From assembly GCA_038231275.1 (NCBI GenBank), contig JBBRLQ010000005.1:64001-128000 (forward strand): a DNA stretch of 64,000 nt, given 5' to 3'. The position numbers and the translations under genes are program-made. The first letter of the stretch is position 1. Every line of letters begins with the position of its first letter. The notes beneath the pieces were generated by a model. That model was given only the letters and a program-made list of their open reading frames with translations. It was not told where the DNA came from and ran no database searches. The DNA comes from Polyangiales bacterium (lineage in GTDB: Bacteria; Myxococcota_A; Polyangia; Polyangiales; Polyangiaceae). Positions 63,114 through 64,000 of the stretch are shown piece after piece.

Positions 63114-63857
63114 ATGCGCTTTGGCTGGCTCGCCTTGCTCCCCCTCGTCGCGGCCTTCGCGTGCGGCGGCACCAAGAAACACGCGGAAGATCCGTCGTCT
63201 ACGACGACCACCGGCGAGGCCTCTCACGACGGCCCGGCCGAGGTCGGGAAGCCGGCCCCGGATCTCGCGATCCAGCCGCTGAACGCCGGCCAAGCCGTCA
63301 AGCTCGACGCGCTGGCGGGTAAGGTCGTCGTCGTCGACTTCTGGGCGACGTGGTGCGGCCCCTGCCGCCAGTCGTTCCCGGGTCTCCAGGCGCTCTCGAA
63401 GCGGTACGAGGGACAGGTCGCGGTCGTCGGCGTGTCGGTCAACGACGAGCAAGACGGCATCACCGATTTCGCGAAGGAGCTCGGCACGACGTTCCCGATC
63501 GGATGGGACAAGGGGCACACGATCGCCGATCGCTGGAAGGTCGCGTCGATGCCCTCGTCGTACGTCGTCGACGGCACGGGGACGGTCCGCTTCGTCCACT
63601 CCGGCTACCACGACGGCGACGAGGCCGAGATCGAGAAGGAGGTCGCGTCGCTCCTCGGCAAGGCGCCTGCGCCGACGTCGGGCGACAAAGCCGACAAGAA
63701 GCCCGAGCCCGAGGCCGCAGCGTCGACGCCTGCGAACGACGACACGAAGGCGACCATCGACACCCCCAAGTCGACCACGCAGCGCGCGCGCCCCACCAGG
63801 AAGACGACCAAGAAGAAGAGCAAGAAGAAGAAGCCGACCGCGACGCCCGACACGTGA
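63114..63857 (+). CDS. TlpA-family thiol-disulfide oxidoreductase lipoprotein
   Basis: Lipobox 'AFAC', 'DFWATWCGPC', 'MPSSY'; Lys-rich tail. Confidence 0.9.
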   Translation: MRFGWLALLPLVAAFACGGTKKHAEDPSSTTTTGEASHDGPAEVGKPAPDLAIQPLNAGQAVKLDALAGKVVVVDFWATWCGPCRQSFPGLQALSKRYEGQVAVVGVSVNDEQDGITDFAKELGTTFPIGWDKGHTIADRWKVASMPSSYVVDGTGTVRFVHSGYHDGDEAEIEKEVASLLGKAPAPTSGDKADKKPEPEAAASTPANDDTKATIDTPKSTTQRARPTRKTTKKKSKKKKPTATPDT

Positions 63858-63942
63858 CGCCGCGGGATCCGGGATAGTCGTCTCCACCGATGACGCCAGG
63901 TCGTTGCCCAATCGGCCGGGCGCAACTAGGTTGTCAGCCGAG

Positions 63943-64000
63943 ATGGGTGCCTACGAGGAGACGGTGGAGGCGTGGCGCAGTGCCCGCTACAAGCGCCTCA
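63943..64000 (+). CDS. Start of a CDS (possibly DUF1684-like), truncated by window end
   Basis: MGAYEETVEAWRSARYKRL...; only 19 codons visible. Confidence 0.35.
   Translation, partial: MGAYEETVEAWRSARYKRL

Overview
High-GC (roughly 70%, judged by eye) bacterial chromosomal DNA, most likely from Myxococcota (Polyangiales/Labilithrix-like), based on a MYXO-CTERM protein, many Cys-rich lipoproteins, a Uma2 protein and an orphan PhnD-like protein. The window is mostly gene-dense housekeeping and accessory sequence. It contains the 5' end of a Tad/Flp pilus locus; a cytochrome-c lipoprotein / degenerate WYL regulator / KamA-type radical SAM gene run; thymidine phosphorylase; a hybrid kinase; and a seven-gene furan/cyclopropane fatty-acid (ufaD-ufaO-ufaM-like) operon preceded by a CarH/LitR-type 11-bp-phased operator. 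It also holds metG; a LysR / Cys-rich lipopeptide / ferritin-like diiron cassette; a TetR-controlled lipase-fold protein with a Cys nucleophile; accC, xseA and aroE; and an RND (CzcA/CusA) derivative that has lost its transmembrane bundles, next to an intramembrane-sensing two-component pair. The right part carries a GldA/F/G-like ABC system, Uma2 plus an orphan Dam, ettA, fur, Dpp-type permeases, a VapC remnant, pgm, rpmI-rplT, a MutS-ATPase-only gene pair, pheS, a PhnD-like protein and TlpA. I saw no rRNA, tRNA, CRISPR array or intact mobile element. The best candidates for undescribed systems are the ferritin-like enzyme with its CC-rich 'CTPWGPPVPP' lipopeptide, the TM-less RND protein, and the CarH-type-operator lipid operon. 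All functional calls come from motif recognition by eye; no database search was run.
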